From the NCBI RefSeq assembly GCF_009914755.1, contig NC_060930.1: a DNA stretch of 64,000 bases, one strand, 5' to 3'. Origin of the DNA: the human T2T-CHM13v2.0 reference genome, Homo sapiens. The notes under the pieces were generated by a model, which was not told where the DNA came from, searched no databases, and worked only from the letters and a program-made list of their open reading frames with translations. The position numbers were made by a program, and so were the translations under genes. This document shows positions 18,151 through 34,300 of this stretch, piece by piece (positions within the stretch are counted from its first letter, which is position 1; every line of letters starts with the position of its first letter).

Positions 18151-18558
18151 ACAATTGTGTGCAAAAATTGTATATATGTGTATGTGCATACATATATATG
18201 TGTGTGTACACATATATAAACATAGATATATGTGTGTGAATATATACACACATATACACTTATTTATATCAGTGGTTGAAGAGAATGTGGTAATAGAGAT
18301 ATTGACTCTAAATATGTGGGCATATGGAATTACTTAAAATTGTGTTGTGGTAACAAATGGAATTTGGAAAATATAGAGGTATAATTTAAGTGTATTCCCC
18401 TCAAAATCAATATATATTAAATTTTGATAGTAAATATATGTATATGAATTTATATATTCATAAGTGAATAAATAGTGCTTTCAAATGTAAAAATGAAAGA
18501 AAAAAACAACTACTTATATGATTTAGAATTTTCATTTTACAATATACAACTAAAAAAA

Positions 18559-18852
18559 TTTTTTTCTTTTTTGAGACCGAGTCTCACTCTGTTGCCCAGG
18601 CTAGAGTACAGTGGCGGGATCTTGCCTCACTGCAATCTCCGCCTCCTGGGTTCAAGTGATTCTCTTGCCTCAGCCTCCTGAGCAGCTGGAATTACAGGTG
18701 CCCACCACCACACCCAGCTAATTTTTGTATGTTTAGTAGAGACAGGGTTTCACCATGTTGGCCAGGCTGGTCTCGAACTCCTGACCTCAGGTGATCCACC
18801 CGCCTCGGCATCCAAAGTGCTGGGATTACAGGTGTGAGCCACCGCATCCGGC
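18559..18852 (-). mobile_element. AluS (Sx-like)
   Basis: Full antisense Alu with 'ctgacctcaggtgatcc'; TSD about aactaaaaaatttt. Confidence 0.95.
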
Positions 18853-20409
18853 AATAACTAAAAAATTTTCAGTATATAAAATCACTTTATTTTACAGTAC
18901 TTGTTTCTCCAAATATTTTAATGTTAGTGAATAATTCGTTGATAACAAGATAGTCATTTGTTTCATATTCTGAAGGTTTACTGGTAAATTATTCATAAGA
19001 AATATAGGCTTTTACAAGTTTTCTGAAAAATTTTTACATTGAAACATTCAGACATGAGACTATAAATTTATAAATTCTATGAATGATTCCTTGGGACTGT
19101 TTGAATATTCAGTTTTAGAAAGCAAAATTCATGTCTCTACTAATCAGTGTAGAATGAATTTAAAATTTCCCAAGATACCCCTTGGAGAATAAGTCATAAT
19201 GATTTTGATATTTTTTAGCAAATTACTGCGATTTTTTAATTAAAACCCTCTGTTGTGTTGTTCTTATTGTATGTAAATGTGCACACTGAAGTGAAGAAGA
19301 AGGGGGATGCATGGTGAGTTACCAGTTACCTGCATGGCTGTCAGAAAGTGATTTATGAGGTAGAAGACCTTGAGGTGAATTTACTGCTATGATAGTAATG
19401 ACCTACTTATTGCAAATAAATGTAGAAAATAAAACAAAGTATAATAGAAATTACCAATTGCCAGCCCATGGTAGTTACCCTAACCTTAAAATATTATACT
19501 TGGTACCCCAGTACTTAGTAGGTGCCAAATAAAATTTTTTGGATGAATGAAAAGACGTTTGCATGCTTGCAAAAAGACTAATCTACAGTTGAAGCATTTG
19601 CACTCCTTAGAATCTTTAAGAAGGAAAGAGATGAACAGAGAGATTGAGAGAAAGAGAGACAGAGAGAAAGAAGGATAAAGAAGAACTTTCCAAATGAATA
19701 GAGTTTTCCATCTAATGAAAAATCCAGAGTGTGCTCCTCCTGCCACAAATCCTGGATTATTTCATTTGACCATTTCCATTCCATTTTTTTCTCTTAATGA
19801 ATATGGACAATTTCTACAAACTTATTGGGGCTTACTATGTACTAAACAGAGGAAAAAATTAAGAGGAATTGGAGGTAGAGAATATGGGTGTAAAAATTGC
19901 AGGAATTTGGTTTTATTTACAAAAATGTGATACATACTTACATGAACAACAGAATGAAAAGAAAACAAGAGCAAATAAATATTTTTATTTTTCCACTAAT
20001 TTTCATTCTACTGTCGGGTAGCATTATATGTTTGTTCATACATCTCTCCCAATATAGATCACCTTGAAATTTTCAATGTATATATTTTAGATATTTCTAT
20101 CTTGAGCCACCTTACAGATGTTATAAAGGAAAAGTAAGACAACGGTATAAAATGGAAATATTAAAAATTCAAATAGACTATGAGAACACAAAAGTTTCAA
20201 AGTTTAAATGCTCATATTTGATTGTTTATTATGTGCTAAGTGAGGTTTATGAGTTTAACATATATTAGCTCGCTTCATGCTCACAACAACCTGATAGGTT
20301 AGATATAATAATTTTTCTTACTTTATAGATAAGAGAAGCACAAAATTAATTTGCCCAAAGTTTTTCTGCTAATAAGTCATCAGAGTTGAAACAAGATAAT
20401 TCTGCCTTT

Positions 20410-20746
<337 letters not shown>

Positions 20747-22245
20747 CTACCAGTGCATCTCTTTTGCATTCCCAACACCTAATTCACTCACTTAATTTTT
20801 ATTGAATGTATAGAACAGTGATGATCATTCTAAGACATTCTAAGAGGCCAATCAGAACCCAGAGGCCAGAGAAATGAGATGACATACAGAGGCAGTCAGA
20901 TGGGTAAATGGCAGGGACTGGAATTCCTTCTCCTGACTGCCAGATATGGGCTCATTTTTCTTCTGAGCAGCCAGTCTGATAAATGTTATGAAAATATGTG
21001 ATTCACATGATAAAACCTTTGTATTTGTAATATGTGTCAAGATACAGTTGTCTGAATGTAGAGAATTATTAAGATCTATTCAAATACAAATGTAATACTG
21101 AGTAACATAAATAAAACAAGAAACTTATTAGACAATACTTATGAAATCTATGTAACTTGTATCAGCAATGCCTTTCATATAAAATGAAATATTCAAAATA
21201 TTCCAGGCTTCTGAATCCAATTAGTATTATTAATATTAATACCCAAATACAGAGAGTTTCAGTGCTACACTCACCTATGTGGAAAGTCCAGACCTTTTAG
21301 GAGTTCTCATTCTTAGAGTATTTCAAGGAATTCCCAATGTTTTACTTAAGTATATGTCCCTGTGTTCGTCTATCATTAGTCACATGTTACTTGTGATCTG
21401 CCACCATTCCTCAGTGCCAATCCTTGCCAGTTCTCCCCATGCAATGATAAATGTTCCAGAAAAGTGAGGATAATGGCCATTCCCTCTGTGTTGAGCTCGG
21501 TTGGGAAGGCCGAACGCTATTTTGTCTCTCAGTATTTCTGTGCTTGAAGAAAAGCTCTATCTATTCTTATACACGGCCATTCTTCTCCCCAGGGGCTCAC
21601 AGGCAGAGAACAACCATTTTGGTTCTATTCCTACGCTGGATTTAACAAGCAAGATGGCTTTTCCTCTTGTGATGAATTTATCTCTCGAGGCATTAGGATA
21701 TCATGTATTAGATTTAGTCTTGCCTCCTATAAATCACGATGGCAGTTACAAAAGTCTCCCTGTAGCTGAACCCCTAGTTTATCAGAGCAGGGGATAGATA
21801 CATTGTGAGAAAGTGGAGTTTGGGGGAGATAGGAAATGGGGGTCATCTAATTTCACAGGACAAATTTATCCATTGACCTGTCCAACCTAGTCAGAGCACC
21901 TGTTTACATGTATATGGAACCAAAAAATCCTGATGAAATAGATATCTCCCCGCCCCCTGCCCAGTTCTGTTGCTGTTGCCAGGCAATTTCTTCACTGATA
22001 GTTCTTTAAACACTAGCATAAATTTCCCTGCTTTAAACACATTAGCAAAAATGTGCCAAATATACATTTTTTTGGAGAGAACTCAAGGAACTACTAAGTT
22101 TTCTTGCAAAAACCATCAAAGTTCAATTTCTCCAGACAGACATTCTTCATAGTCTTGGAAGCAGTCACCTATGTACATTGTAGGTAAACAGGTAGGCCCT
22201 TTGGAAGTGGAAAGGACTTTGTTTTGAGTCTTCCACCTAAATTCA

Positions 22246-22529
22246 TGTCACAGAAAAATTGCTCACCACTTATTAAAATGGTAAAGAAGGCTTTATTCAA
22301 GACTATTGCAATAGAGGAGACAGATGGAACACAACTCTGAATACAGTATGGACAAGTGGGGATATGTAGCCAATGGGCAAAGAGAGGGGGTCAGTGGATG
22401 GGAAATTACTAAGAGGTGATATCAAGTATAGGGAGATTCTTGTTAAAGGCAAGCCAAGGCTGAGGCCTAGTTGAGAAGAGGGCTCAGAAGAGTCAGACAA
22501 AAATCTGGATAAGGTGGGAATCTTTATCA
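22246..22529 (-). mobile_element. ERV1 solo LTR remnant (MER31/MER67/MER90 group)
   Basis: Minus strand reads 'tgataaagattccc...ctcttctgagccctcttctcaactaggcctc...tagtcttgaataaagcc'. Confidence 0.6.
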
Positions 22530-25149
22530 ATCCCTGAGAACAATGCTCAGAATGGATGCCACTAACCAGAGTTACATTCAGGCTTTGAGAATCATGCTCG
22601 AAAAGTTCAGAAATGTAGAGAGAGGTTGTTTGTTTATTACACTTCCATATTTATTCATCCAAATTGTTCAAGTGGTAACTTTCCAATCAACTCAATATCA
22701 AAATGTCTTAATTTATGACTGTTTAAAAAGGTCATAAAAGATTCTGAAATAGGAAATTATTTAAATAATATTCAAATAATTTGATAATAATGTCCCTGGA
22801 TCCTCCCCAAATATTTATGCTCTTACCTATTTATTTTTTCAGTGATGGCTACCATCTTACTGCTATCTCCTCTTTTACTATACACTTCTTTTAGCATACT
22901 ATACTATACTATACTATATGATAAGATACAATACGATACCTCTATACCCTATCTGCACATATAACTTTGCCAACTTATCACAGATTTATTAATTTAGAAA
23001 AATAATCTGGAAGAAAACCTTTTTCATCCTTTATAATCTACTTTAGGAAGTGGTTTCCATAATTCATAAAATCATGCAACAGCTGAAAAAGGCTTTAATG
23101 ATCATCTTTTCCAACCCTCTCATTTAGCAATTTAGGAAACAGAGGTCCAGACCAGTTAGTATTTTAATTAAGTTTGGTAGTTAATACTGAGCTAAAAATA
23201 AACATAGAATTCCATAACTTAAGTTTAACATTTATTCTAGTAACAAAAATAGACTTAAGAATTTTTTTAAAGGCTTGGACTAAGCATAATAGAAAATACT
23301 AGTTCCTCCTGCTCCTCTCAGAGGAGATAGGTAAGGACTCGTTATCACCATCTTTAGCTATAAAGGAGTTGATATGGTGTCTGAATTAAGGAGTTTCTTG
23401 CACTTTGTACATCCTGAGATTTACACTGAATATGTTATTTACCAAGAGTTCTATTCAAATATCAATGGAAATTATAAGAAAAGCCTTAAACCAGAAGTAG
23501 AGAGATTTGTAGCTTTTCCCTGAGATTGTCACCAACAAACTGTATGATACTCCAAGTTTCTTAACCTTCCTGATCACAGTCTTCCCAACTATAAACTAAG
23601 AAGAAGATATAATTATTTAGGTTTCCTACAGTTTGAAAATGCTGGCTTTTAATCTTGCACTAAACTGGATGGAGGTGGGTAAGATAAGTATATATAAAGA
23701 AAACACCTCACACTGGGTTAGTGCACAGTATGTCCTCAATACAAAGTTTGGGAATTAAGGGAATTATTACCCTTTGTTTCCTGCCCTCCCTTCCTCCCTT
23801 ACTTCCTTCCTTCCTGTACGAGAGGGAAGATGCAGAATGGGGAATGATGGGGAGCCTGGGTGGGCAGGTGAGCATCAGTGTTAGTGAGCAGACTGCGTTA
23901 GACTCTAGACCACTTACTTGATTAGAATGTTAGGATACACTACTTGGGTTCTAAGGGAAAACAGTATAAAATCAGCTAAAAATTTTAACTAAGAGAAGGA
24001 ATATTCTCCTTAACAAATCCCCAATGTAATCAGTTTTATAGCTTTAATTTTCAAGATTCAAATCTAGACATATTCTCTTAAAAAAAATCCTAAACTTCAT
24101 GTAGATCTGATATATCAAATATCTAACAGGAGCATATCGACATGAAGTATTAATGGAGAACTGGTAATTAGTGGTTTTTATTCCTCATTCAGTGGCCTTA
24201 CTAATTAGCAATCAAATACTTTGACTGAATTATGGCCTGTTTTCTCACCAGTTCCCTCATTCATCAGCCTAAGTATTTAAATCCTTTTTGTATTCTCAAC
24301 CTTTATCAACTATGATCTTTCTTTTACAGTGGGACCTAAGTATACTTAGAAGACTAAACAATATTTCTAGCCCAAAGCAATGTCCCTGTCTAATTTGAGC
24401 AGTTGAGCAAAAATCACAGGCAATAAGTCAGTTCTTGTGTAGAAGCCTTAGTCACTTGAACTTGATTGAAGTGTGTGATGGACTTTTCTTTGCTTGGAGT
24501 GCACCATAGTCAATACAGTCAGGATTGGAGAATGTATGTGCATAACAGGCAGTTGGGAGATTTTCACATTTGGGGAGCAGTTTTAAAATGCAATGCCACA
24601 GTTTGTGAAAGCCACAGAAAAGTTTTGAGTGAAACACAGATGATGAGATTGAAGGAGAGACACAACCTGTTCTTTTTCCACTCTGGAATGGGCTGCATTC
24701 ATACATAATATCTCTGTAAGGTTTAATGACTAAGCAACAACCAGAAAACCCAATACCATATGTTGTGTACGGTCTCACAGGAAAAAGAGACTGTTAACTG
24801 TCTAAAGAGAAAAGGCCTCTTGAGGCATCTGAAAGTGACTTTCTGGAGGAGAGAAAGGAAAAATAAATAAAGTCTCTGAAAAGACCAACAGAAGAGATGG
24901 TGAGTGCAAGCAAAAATGAACTGGTTTCCCTAACTTCCAGCAAAGTATTTGGGTTGAGGCAATAGTGAGCCCCAGCTATGAGAAGGCACAGCAGGTTCTT
25001 GAGGTGCTGGGACAATAATTTCAGAGGGACTTTAAAAAGGGGAAAAATCTTCAAGGACAACCAGGAAGTTTAACCATGACAAAAAGAACTTTTGCCACCT
25101 TAAAGCCAGGATATGGGCGTGTAAAGGAATTGGGACATGGTACTTCCAC

Positions 25150-25310
25150 ATATCACAGTATGCAAAAGCGTAAGCTCAGGAGCCAGGCTGCTGGATTCGA
25201 ATCCCAGTTCTGCTCCTTACCAGCTGTGGGACCATGGGCAAATTCCTAAACATCTCTTTTCTTCAGTTTCCTCTCAGAATAGTGCTTGGCACTGTGAGTA
25301 CATATTCACT
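25150..25310 (+). mobile_element. MIR
   Basis: MIR core 'ggattcgaatcccagttctgctccttaccagctgtgggaccatgggcaa'. Confidence 0.75.
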
Positions 25311-26434
25311 ACCATTAAAATACCAACAAATCTGTATTGTTTTATATAAATTTATGTTTACTAACAAAATATAACTATGCTGCAAAAGTTCCTGTCTTGT
25401 ACTTCAGATATTTCCAGGAGTGTCAGATAGAAGAAAGGAGACTATATTAAGCAGGGTATGGTACTTAAAAAGATCCAAGGAGATGCGTGTGTTTGCATGT
25501 TGCAGGGGAGTGGGGTGGGTAGGATCAACCCCGTGCAACAAATATATCATTCCCTTTTTGCATGAAGTCAAATGGGAAATTTACATAAAATACATTGTAT
25601 ACAAATTTATTACATAAGTATATTTTTCCACAGGGAATATCCTTTCATCAATTCTCAAAAGATTAGGTATTTCTAGCTTACTTATCCGTAAGCATTTTTA
25701 TAAAGAATATTTTGTCACATACCTACCTTGAGCAACTAATTAAAAGCAATGAATCTTGCTCATAAATTAAAATATAGTTTGGTATTCAACTCAGCTATGA
25801 CTCCCACAGATGTCAGTTGGAATTCTTATTGAGGTGGGAATGACAGTCAATCCAGCCAGAACCCAGTAAGTCTGTGTGTCCAAAAGGCAGTCTTCCTCTT
25901 ACTTGCCACAAGCATGTACACTATGTCAACACATCTCTGAATCCCAGTGCAAGAGTTTTCTGGACCCATCAATCTATCACTACCAACAACTTGTTGAAGA
26001 CTCTTATTTAAAGCCTCAATAAAGATGACTCCTTCCTGCTTTTGCTCCAAATGCAAATCAAGTAGATAAATGTACGTAGTATGGCAAATTGAGTTACACT
26101 ATAGTTGATTTAATACCAAGATTTCTTTCCGAATATTAAAATGTCATATTCATTTGCTCACGCTTCTAGTTATTCTTTCTTTACATCTGTATTGGTTTAA
26201 TTTTAGTTATATAAAAAACATTTTATTTAAAAAATTCAAGCACAGAAACATTACATTGTAAGAATAAATAGTCCAATTTCACTTTAGGTGAATCTCACTC
26301 CCCTCTTCACAGGTAATGAGGGTTAACAGTAAGTAGGCTGCAATTCATTTCAGGTAACTTTTCTTTTTTCTTTTATTTGCTTTTGTTTTATCTTCTTTTC
26401 TTTTTTTTTTGTTTTTACTTTTTAATTTCTTTTT

Positions 26435-26595
26435 GAGGGAGAGTGCAAACGAAATTCCTCACTACCACAAATTATGCCTTGGGTTTTCCACATTAGGGGA
26501 AGTCACAGGGGTCAGAACATCCAGAGTGCAATGGATAAGCCCACTCTGGGTAAACCACCTTTGTAATCACAATATCTCACCTGCCTAGTAAGTAT
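26435..26595 (-). pseudogene. RNU1: U1 snRNA retro-pseudogene, full length, with A-rich tail at about 26357-26434
   Basis: Minus strand ATACTTACTAGGCAGGTGAGAT...GGCTTATCCATTGCACTCTGGATG...GCATAATTTGTGGTAGTG aligns end to end to U1; many substitutions. Confidence 0.95.
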
Positions 26596-27049
26596 CCCCA
26601 GATCACCTCCCATGCAATATGTAAGATATATACACATGCATATATTTATATATGTGTGTGTAAATTTATGCACATACATACATATAATTTTGTTTTTAAA
26701 CACATTTTTTTACCAAATGTCATAATTCTATACCTAATATCACAATTTACTTTTTCCACTTTTCAATATGTGCTGGAGATCTTTCCATGCTGGCATATAC
26801 ATGACTGGTATATATATAAATCTATGTAATTATTCTACAGTACAAATATACTGCAGTTCAACTAACAATGGATGTGTAGGTTGAGTGTAGTTTTGTTAAC
26901 TATCAAATCTTTGTATTTGCATCTTTAGGCAAGTGGGGCTTATTTCTCTAGAAAAGACATCTAGAGGTAGAATCACTGGCACTAGAAAGACTGCACGTTA
27001 AATTTTTGTTAGATTCTGAAATTTTTCTCTGCAAAAGGCTGAATCAACT

Positions 27050-27595
27050 TAATATGGTTTGGCTATGTCCCCACCCAAATCTCATCTCGAAGTGTAATAC
27101 AAATTATAATCCCCACCTGGCAGGGGAAGGACCTGGTGGGAGGTGATTGGATCATGGGGGCTGTTTCCCCCATGCTGTTCTCATGATAGTGAGTTCTCAT
27201 GAGGTCTGATGGTTTTATAAGTGGCAGTTTACCCTCTTTCTCTTTCTTTCTCTCTCTCACCTGCTGCCATGTAAGACATGCCTGCTTCACCTGTAATCCC
27301 AACATATCAAGGGAGGGAGGTAATTGAATTATGGGAGCAGATTCCCCCATGCTGTTCTCGTGATATTGAGTTCTCATGAGATCTGATGGTTTTATAAGGC
27401 AGTTTTCCCTGCTCTTGCTCACTGTCTCTCACTTGCCACCATGTAAGACATGCCTGCTTCCCCTTCTGCCATGATTGTAAGTTTTCTGAGGCCTCCCCAG
27501 CCATGCAGAGCTGTAAGTCAATTAAACCTCTTTCCTTTATAAATTACCCAGTCTCAGGGAAATTCTTTATAGCAGTGTGTAAATGGACTAATACA
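27050..27595 (+). mobile_element. MaLR solo LTR (THE1D/MSTA-like) with internal duplication
   Basis: Perfect TSD caact (27045-27049, 27596-27600); 546 bp long; duplicated block at about 27105-27291 and 27292-27463. Confidence 0.92.
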
Positions 27596-28037
27596 CAACT
27601 TGTACACACACCTACAGAGTTATTCAGCACTTGTTTTACATCATCATTACCCACTGTGGAGATTATTAAGCTTTGTAATTTTTTCCTACCATGATGGGAA
27701 AAAAATGTATCATTTTCTTTTCATTTACATTTTCCTGCTTGCTAATGAAGTTAAGCATCTTTTAAAATGTTTTTCAGCTATTTTTAGTTATTTAGTTCAT
27801 TGTATAATTTTTTATTTCATAATTTATGGTCCCTATGAATTGTGGTAAATAATCTTTTGACAGTTACATGTGTAACATATTTTCTCCCAGTCTGTCACTT
27901 TTCCTTTATTTATCATAATTTTATCATTTGAAAGTTTTAAATTGTTATATAGGTAGATATGACAACTCTCTCCTTTAAGAATTCTGAATTTAGGGTTTTC
28001 TTAGAAAACCCTTCAAAGCCCTAAATTATAAATAAAT

Positions 28038-30359
<2,322 letters not shown>

Positions 30360-31769
30360 AAATTATAAATAAATATTCTCTTTATTTTCTAAACATAATT
30401 TTATATTTCTGTACTTTATGTATAATTGTTTGGTCTATTTCAAAATAATTTTGTGAGGGTGCGAGGTAGGGCAAAACTTAATTTTATTTCCAAACTGTCA
30501 AAAAGTTGTCCCACTACTATTTATTAAATAGCCTATTTGTTCCCATTAATTTCACCACAGGGTAACATATCACATTGCCTTTGTCACATATTAAATTTTC
30601 CTATGTAGCTGGATCTGATCTTATACTCTTTTTCTGTGCAGTCAAGCTGCCTCTTCCTGAACACCTGTTTAAGTAGGGTAGGTTTAGCTGCTATACAGCT
30701 TTACACTATGTATTTTTTAATGAAATTGAGCAAATGCCACTTTTTGATATTTTCAAAATAGTCTTGGCTATTATTACATTTTTCTCTTTAATTGAACTTT
30801 AAATTAAACATGTCAAGGTTCACAAAGAGTTCTTTTAAGATTTTATATGGGATTGCATTAAATTTATAGATTAATTTGGGGAGAAATAACATCTTTACAA
30901 TGTTAAATATTATCTTTCAGGAACATGCTATGCCTCTGCATTTATTTAGGCTGATTTATATATCCTTCAAAGAGTGTTACACTGTTTTTCGTAACAGTCT
31001 TTCAGATCTTTTGTTAGGTTTAATTCTCCCTGTTTTTTATTTCTGCTGCTATTCTGATTGGGATATTATTCCATGACATGTTCTAATTGATTATTACCCT
31101 ATATGGAAATATTATTGTGCATTAAATTTTCCTTAGTTTTAATAGTTTTTTTCAGTTTATTTTCTTGGGTTTTCTAAGTAGGTAATCACATTTTATACAA
31201 AATATATGGTAGTTTAATCCATATATTTTGGATATATGCTAGTTTAATCCTTGCGTAACCAATGAATACATGTGTCTGTCCTGTTTATATTTGTCTTTAT
31301 GAAATTTTGAATAGGAATATTGAGAGTAGATACTATCATATTCTTCCTGACTATATGATAGCCTTTCACAGATAAATAAGACATAATGTCCCAGGGTTTC
31401 GAATTTCCTGTTACCTGTTTTATTCAGAGGACAGTCATATTTCTATAGCTGAAAAATACTTACAAAAATATGATACTGTGCATGAATAGCAATACTTCAA
31501 ATCACTTTAATCGCCGTACATTGTAAGTTCCTCATAAAAGCCACCAAAGCTAAAATACAGTGTGTTCAACAAACTTTTATTAGACTGCCAACTGAAATTA
31601 TTATAATAATGTAATTCTGGCATAAACTTTGACTATATTTTATTCCATATTATATTTTATCTCATATAAATAGATACAAATGGATATATAACAAATATCT
31701 AAAATATAATCCCAATAGCAAAATAACCACCATGTAACCACATTCAAATTCAGAATGTCTGTGTTTTGA

Positions 31770-33542
31770 TCCATATGCAGAAGAATAAAACTAGACCTCT
31801 ATCTCTCATCATATACAAAAATCAAATCAAAAAGATTGAAGACTTAAATCTAAGGCCTCAAACTATGAAGCCACTAAAATAAAACATTGGGGAACCTCCC
31901 CCAGGACTTTGGACTGGGCAAAGATTTCTTGAGTAATACCCCATCACAAGCACAGGAAACTAATGCAAAAACTGGACATATTGGATCACATCAAGTTAAA
32001 AAAGCTTCTGCACTGAAAAAGAAACAATCAACAAAGTGAAGGAACAACCCACAGAATGGTAGAAAATATTTGCTAACTATCCATCTGACAAGAGATTAAT
32101 AACCAGAATACATAAGGAGCTCAAACAACTATATAGAAAAATAAACTAATAATCTGATTTTAAAATGGGCAAAAGATCTTAATAGACATTTGTGTTAGTC
32201 CATTTTCATACAGCTATAAAGAACTGCCTGAGACTGAGTAATTTATAAAAGAAAGAGGTTTAATTGACTGACAGTTTCACATGGCTGGAGAAGCCTCAGG
32301 AAACTTACAATTATGGCAGAAGGCAAAGGGGAAGAAAGGCACCCTCTTTACAAGGCAGCAGGAAGGAGAAGTGAACACAGGAGGAACTATCAAACACTTA
32401 TAAAACCATCAGATCTCATGAGAACTCACTCACTATCACAAAAATAGCATGAGGGAAACCACCCTCATGATTCAATTACCACCACCTGGTCTCTCCCTTG
32501 ACATGTGAGCATTATGGGGATTACAATTTAAGATGAGATTTTGGGTGCAGACACAGCTAAACCATATCAACATTTCTCAAAAGAAGACATACAAATGGAA
32601 AACAATCATATAAAAATATGCTCAACATCATTGATAATCAGAAAAATGCAAACAAAATCTACAATGAGATATCATCTCACTCCAGTTAAAATGGCTTATA
32701 TCCAAAAGACAGGGAATAACAAATGCTGGCAAAGATGTGAAAAAAAGGGAACTCTCACATACTTTTAGTGGGAATGTAATTAGTACAACTACTATAAAGA
32801 ACAGTTTGGAGGTTCTTCAAAAAATTAAAAGTAGGGTCGTACAATCCAGGAATCCCACTCCTATGTATATACCCAAAAGAAAGCAAATCAGTATATTGAA
32901 GAGATGTGTTCATTCCTATGTTTACTGCAGCACTATTCACAATAACCAAGATTTTGAAGCAACCTAAGTGTCCATCAACAGATCAATGGATAAAGAAAAT
33001 ATTGTGTTTATACACAATGCAGTACTATTCAGCCATAAAGAAGAATGAGATTCTGTTATTTACAACATCATGGATGGAACTTGAGATCATTATGTTAAGT
33101 GATAAAGCCAGGCACAGAAAGAGAAACTTTGCATGTTCTCATGTATTTGTGGGAACTAAACATTAAAACAATTGAACTCGTGAAGACAGAGATTAGAACT
33201 ATGATTCCCAGAGGCTGGGAAGGGTAGTGGTAGGGGTAGGGGGAATGGGGATGGTTAATGGGTACAAAAATATAGCTAAATAGAATGAATAAGATCTAAT
33301 ATTTGATAGAACAACAAAGTGACCATGGTCAACAATAATTTATTGTATATTTTAAAATAAAAGAGCATATTGGAATGTTTGTAACATCATAAAATAGTAT
33401 ATGTTTGAGGTGATGGATATCCCATTTTCCCTGATCTGATTATTATACATTGTATTTCTGTATCAAAATATTTTAATGTACCTCATAAATATATACACCA
33501 ACTATGTACTCAATAAAAATTAAAAATTAAAATTTCTTTAAA
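31770..33542 (+). mobile_element. 5'-truncated L1MA (MA2-5-like) 3' portion
   Basis: ORF2 C-terminal remnants and L1MA 3'UTR; diverged TSD agaatgtctgtgttttga / agaatatctatgttatga. Confidence 0.85.
32191..32569 (-). mobile_element. MaLR solo LTR (THE1D/MSTA-like)
   Basis: 'tgtgttagtcc...aaccatatca'; perfect TSD acatt. Confidence 0.92.
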
Positions 33543-34017
33543 AGAATATCTATGTTATGAGATTTATACAAATGAATTCATGCTGTATGTAGTCCAAAAT
33601 ATTTTGCCATTCTAGTATTATGTAGGTAAGAGTCATCTTTGTTGTTGCAAATCATTATAGTTCATTTATATGCACTGCTTTTTAATATTCCATTTAAAAT
33701 TGACTAGTCAATAATTTATTTTTATATTTGCCATTTTAAAAACACTTTTGACTGTGTCTAGTTTTCTGCAATATTAAGAATAATGCTATTGAAGTAATTA
33801 TACATGTTTTCTTGCATGTGTGTATGATTTGCTCTAGGACATTCCTTAGAAGTGAAATTTCTAGTGCAAAAAGATTTTGAATACACAAGTTTTATAATGC
33901 TTACTATAGATTTATTGGAAGATACACTTTATGCACAAAAGGAAGTTCTCTTTTAGTCCTAATTTACTAATAGTCTAGCATAGGTAGTTGTTGAATTTCA
34001 TTAAATGCTTTAGCTAC

Positions 34018-34300
34018 AGTGAATATCAGCTATTCATAAAATAATACTATATAATAAACCACCCCAAACTCAATGTCTTAAAGCAATAATTATTTCTACT
34101 CATTCATATATCTGTGGGTAGGCTGCAGTTAGCTCTTCTAGGCTGGGACCATATGTATTGACTCCAAGTTTTGGGTAGGATGTGGTCTGCTCCACACCGC
34201 TCTCTTCCTCCCTGAAGTAGCAGGCTAGCTGATAAAAGTTCATTTTGTGGCAATGGCAGAAACACAAGAGTCTTGTTTGGTATCAAAGTCATTGACCTCA
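34018..34300 (-). mobile_element. Old MLT1 LTR fragment
   Basis: 'ataaaccaccccaaactcaatgtcttaaagcaata' matches the antisense MLT1 3' end. Confidence 0.55.

Noticed and set aside
24430-26060. Short ORFs in unique sequence as coding exons
   Set aside because: No recognisable domain or convincing paired splice sites.
31770-33542. Displaced 3' half of the 3'-truncated L1 at 34525-41797
   Set aside because: It begins near where the other ends in L1 coordinates, but it has its own diverged 18-bp TSD, so it is an independent insertion.
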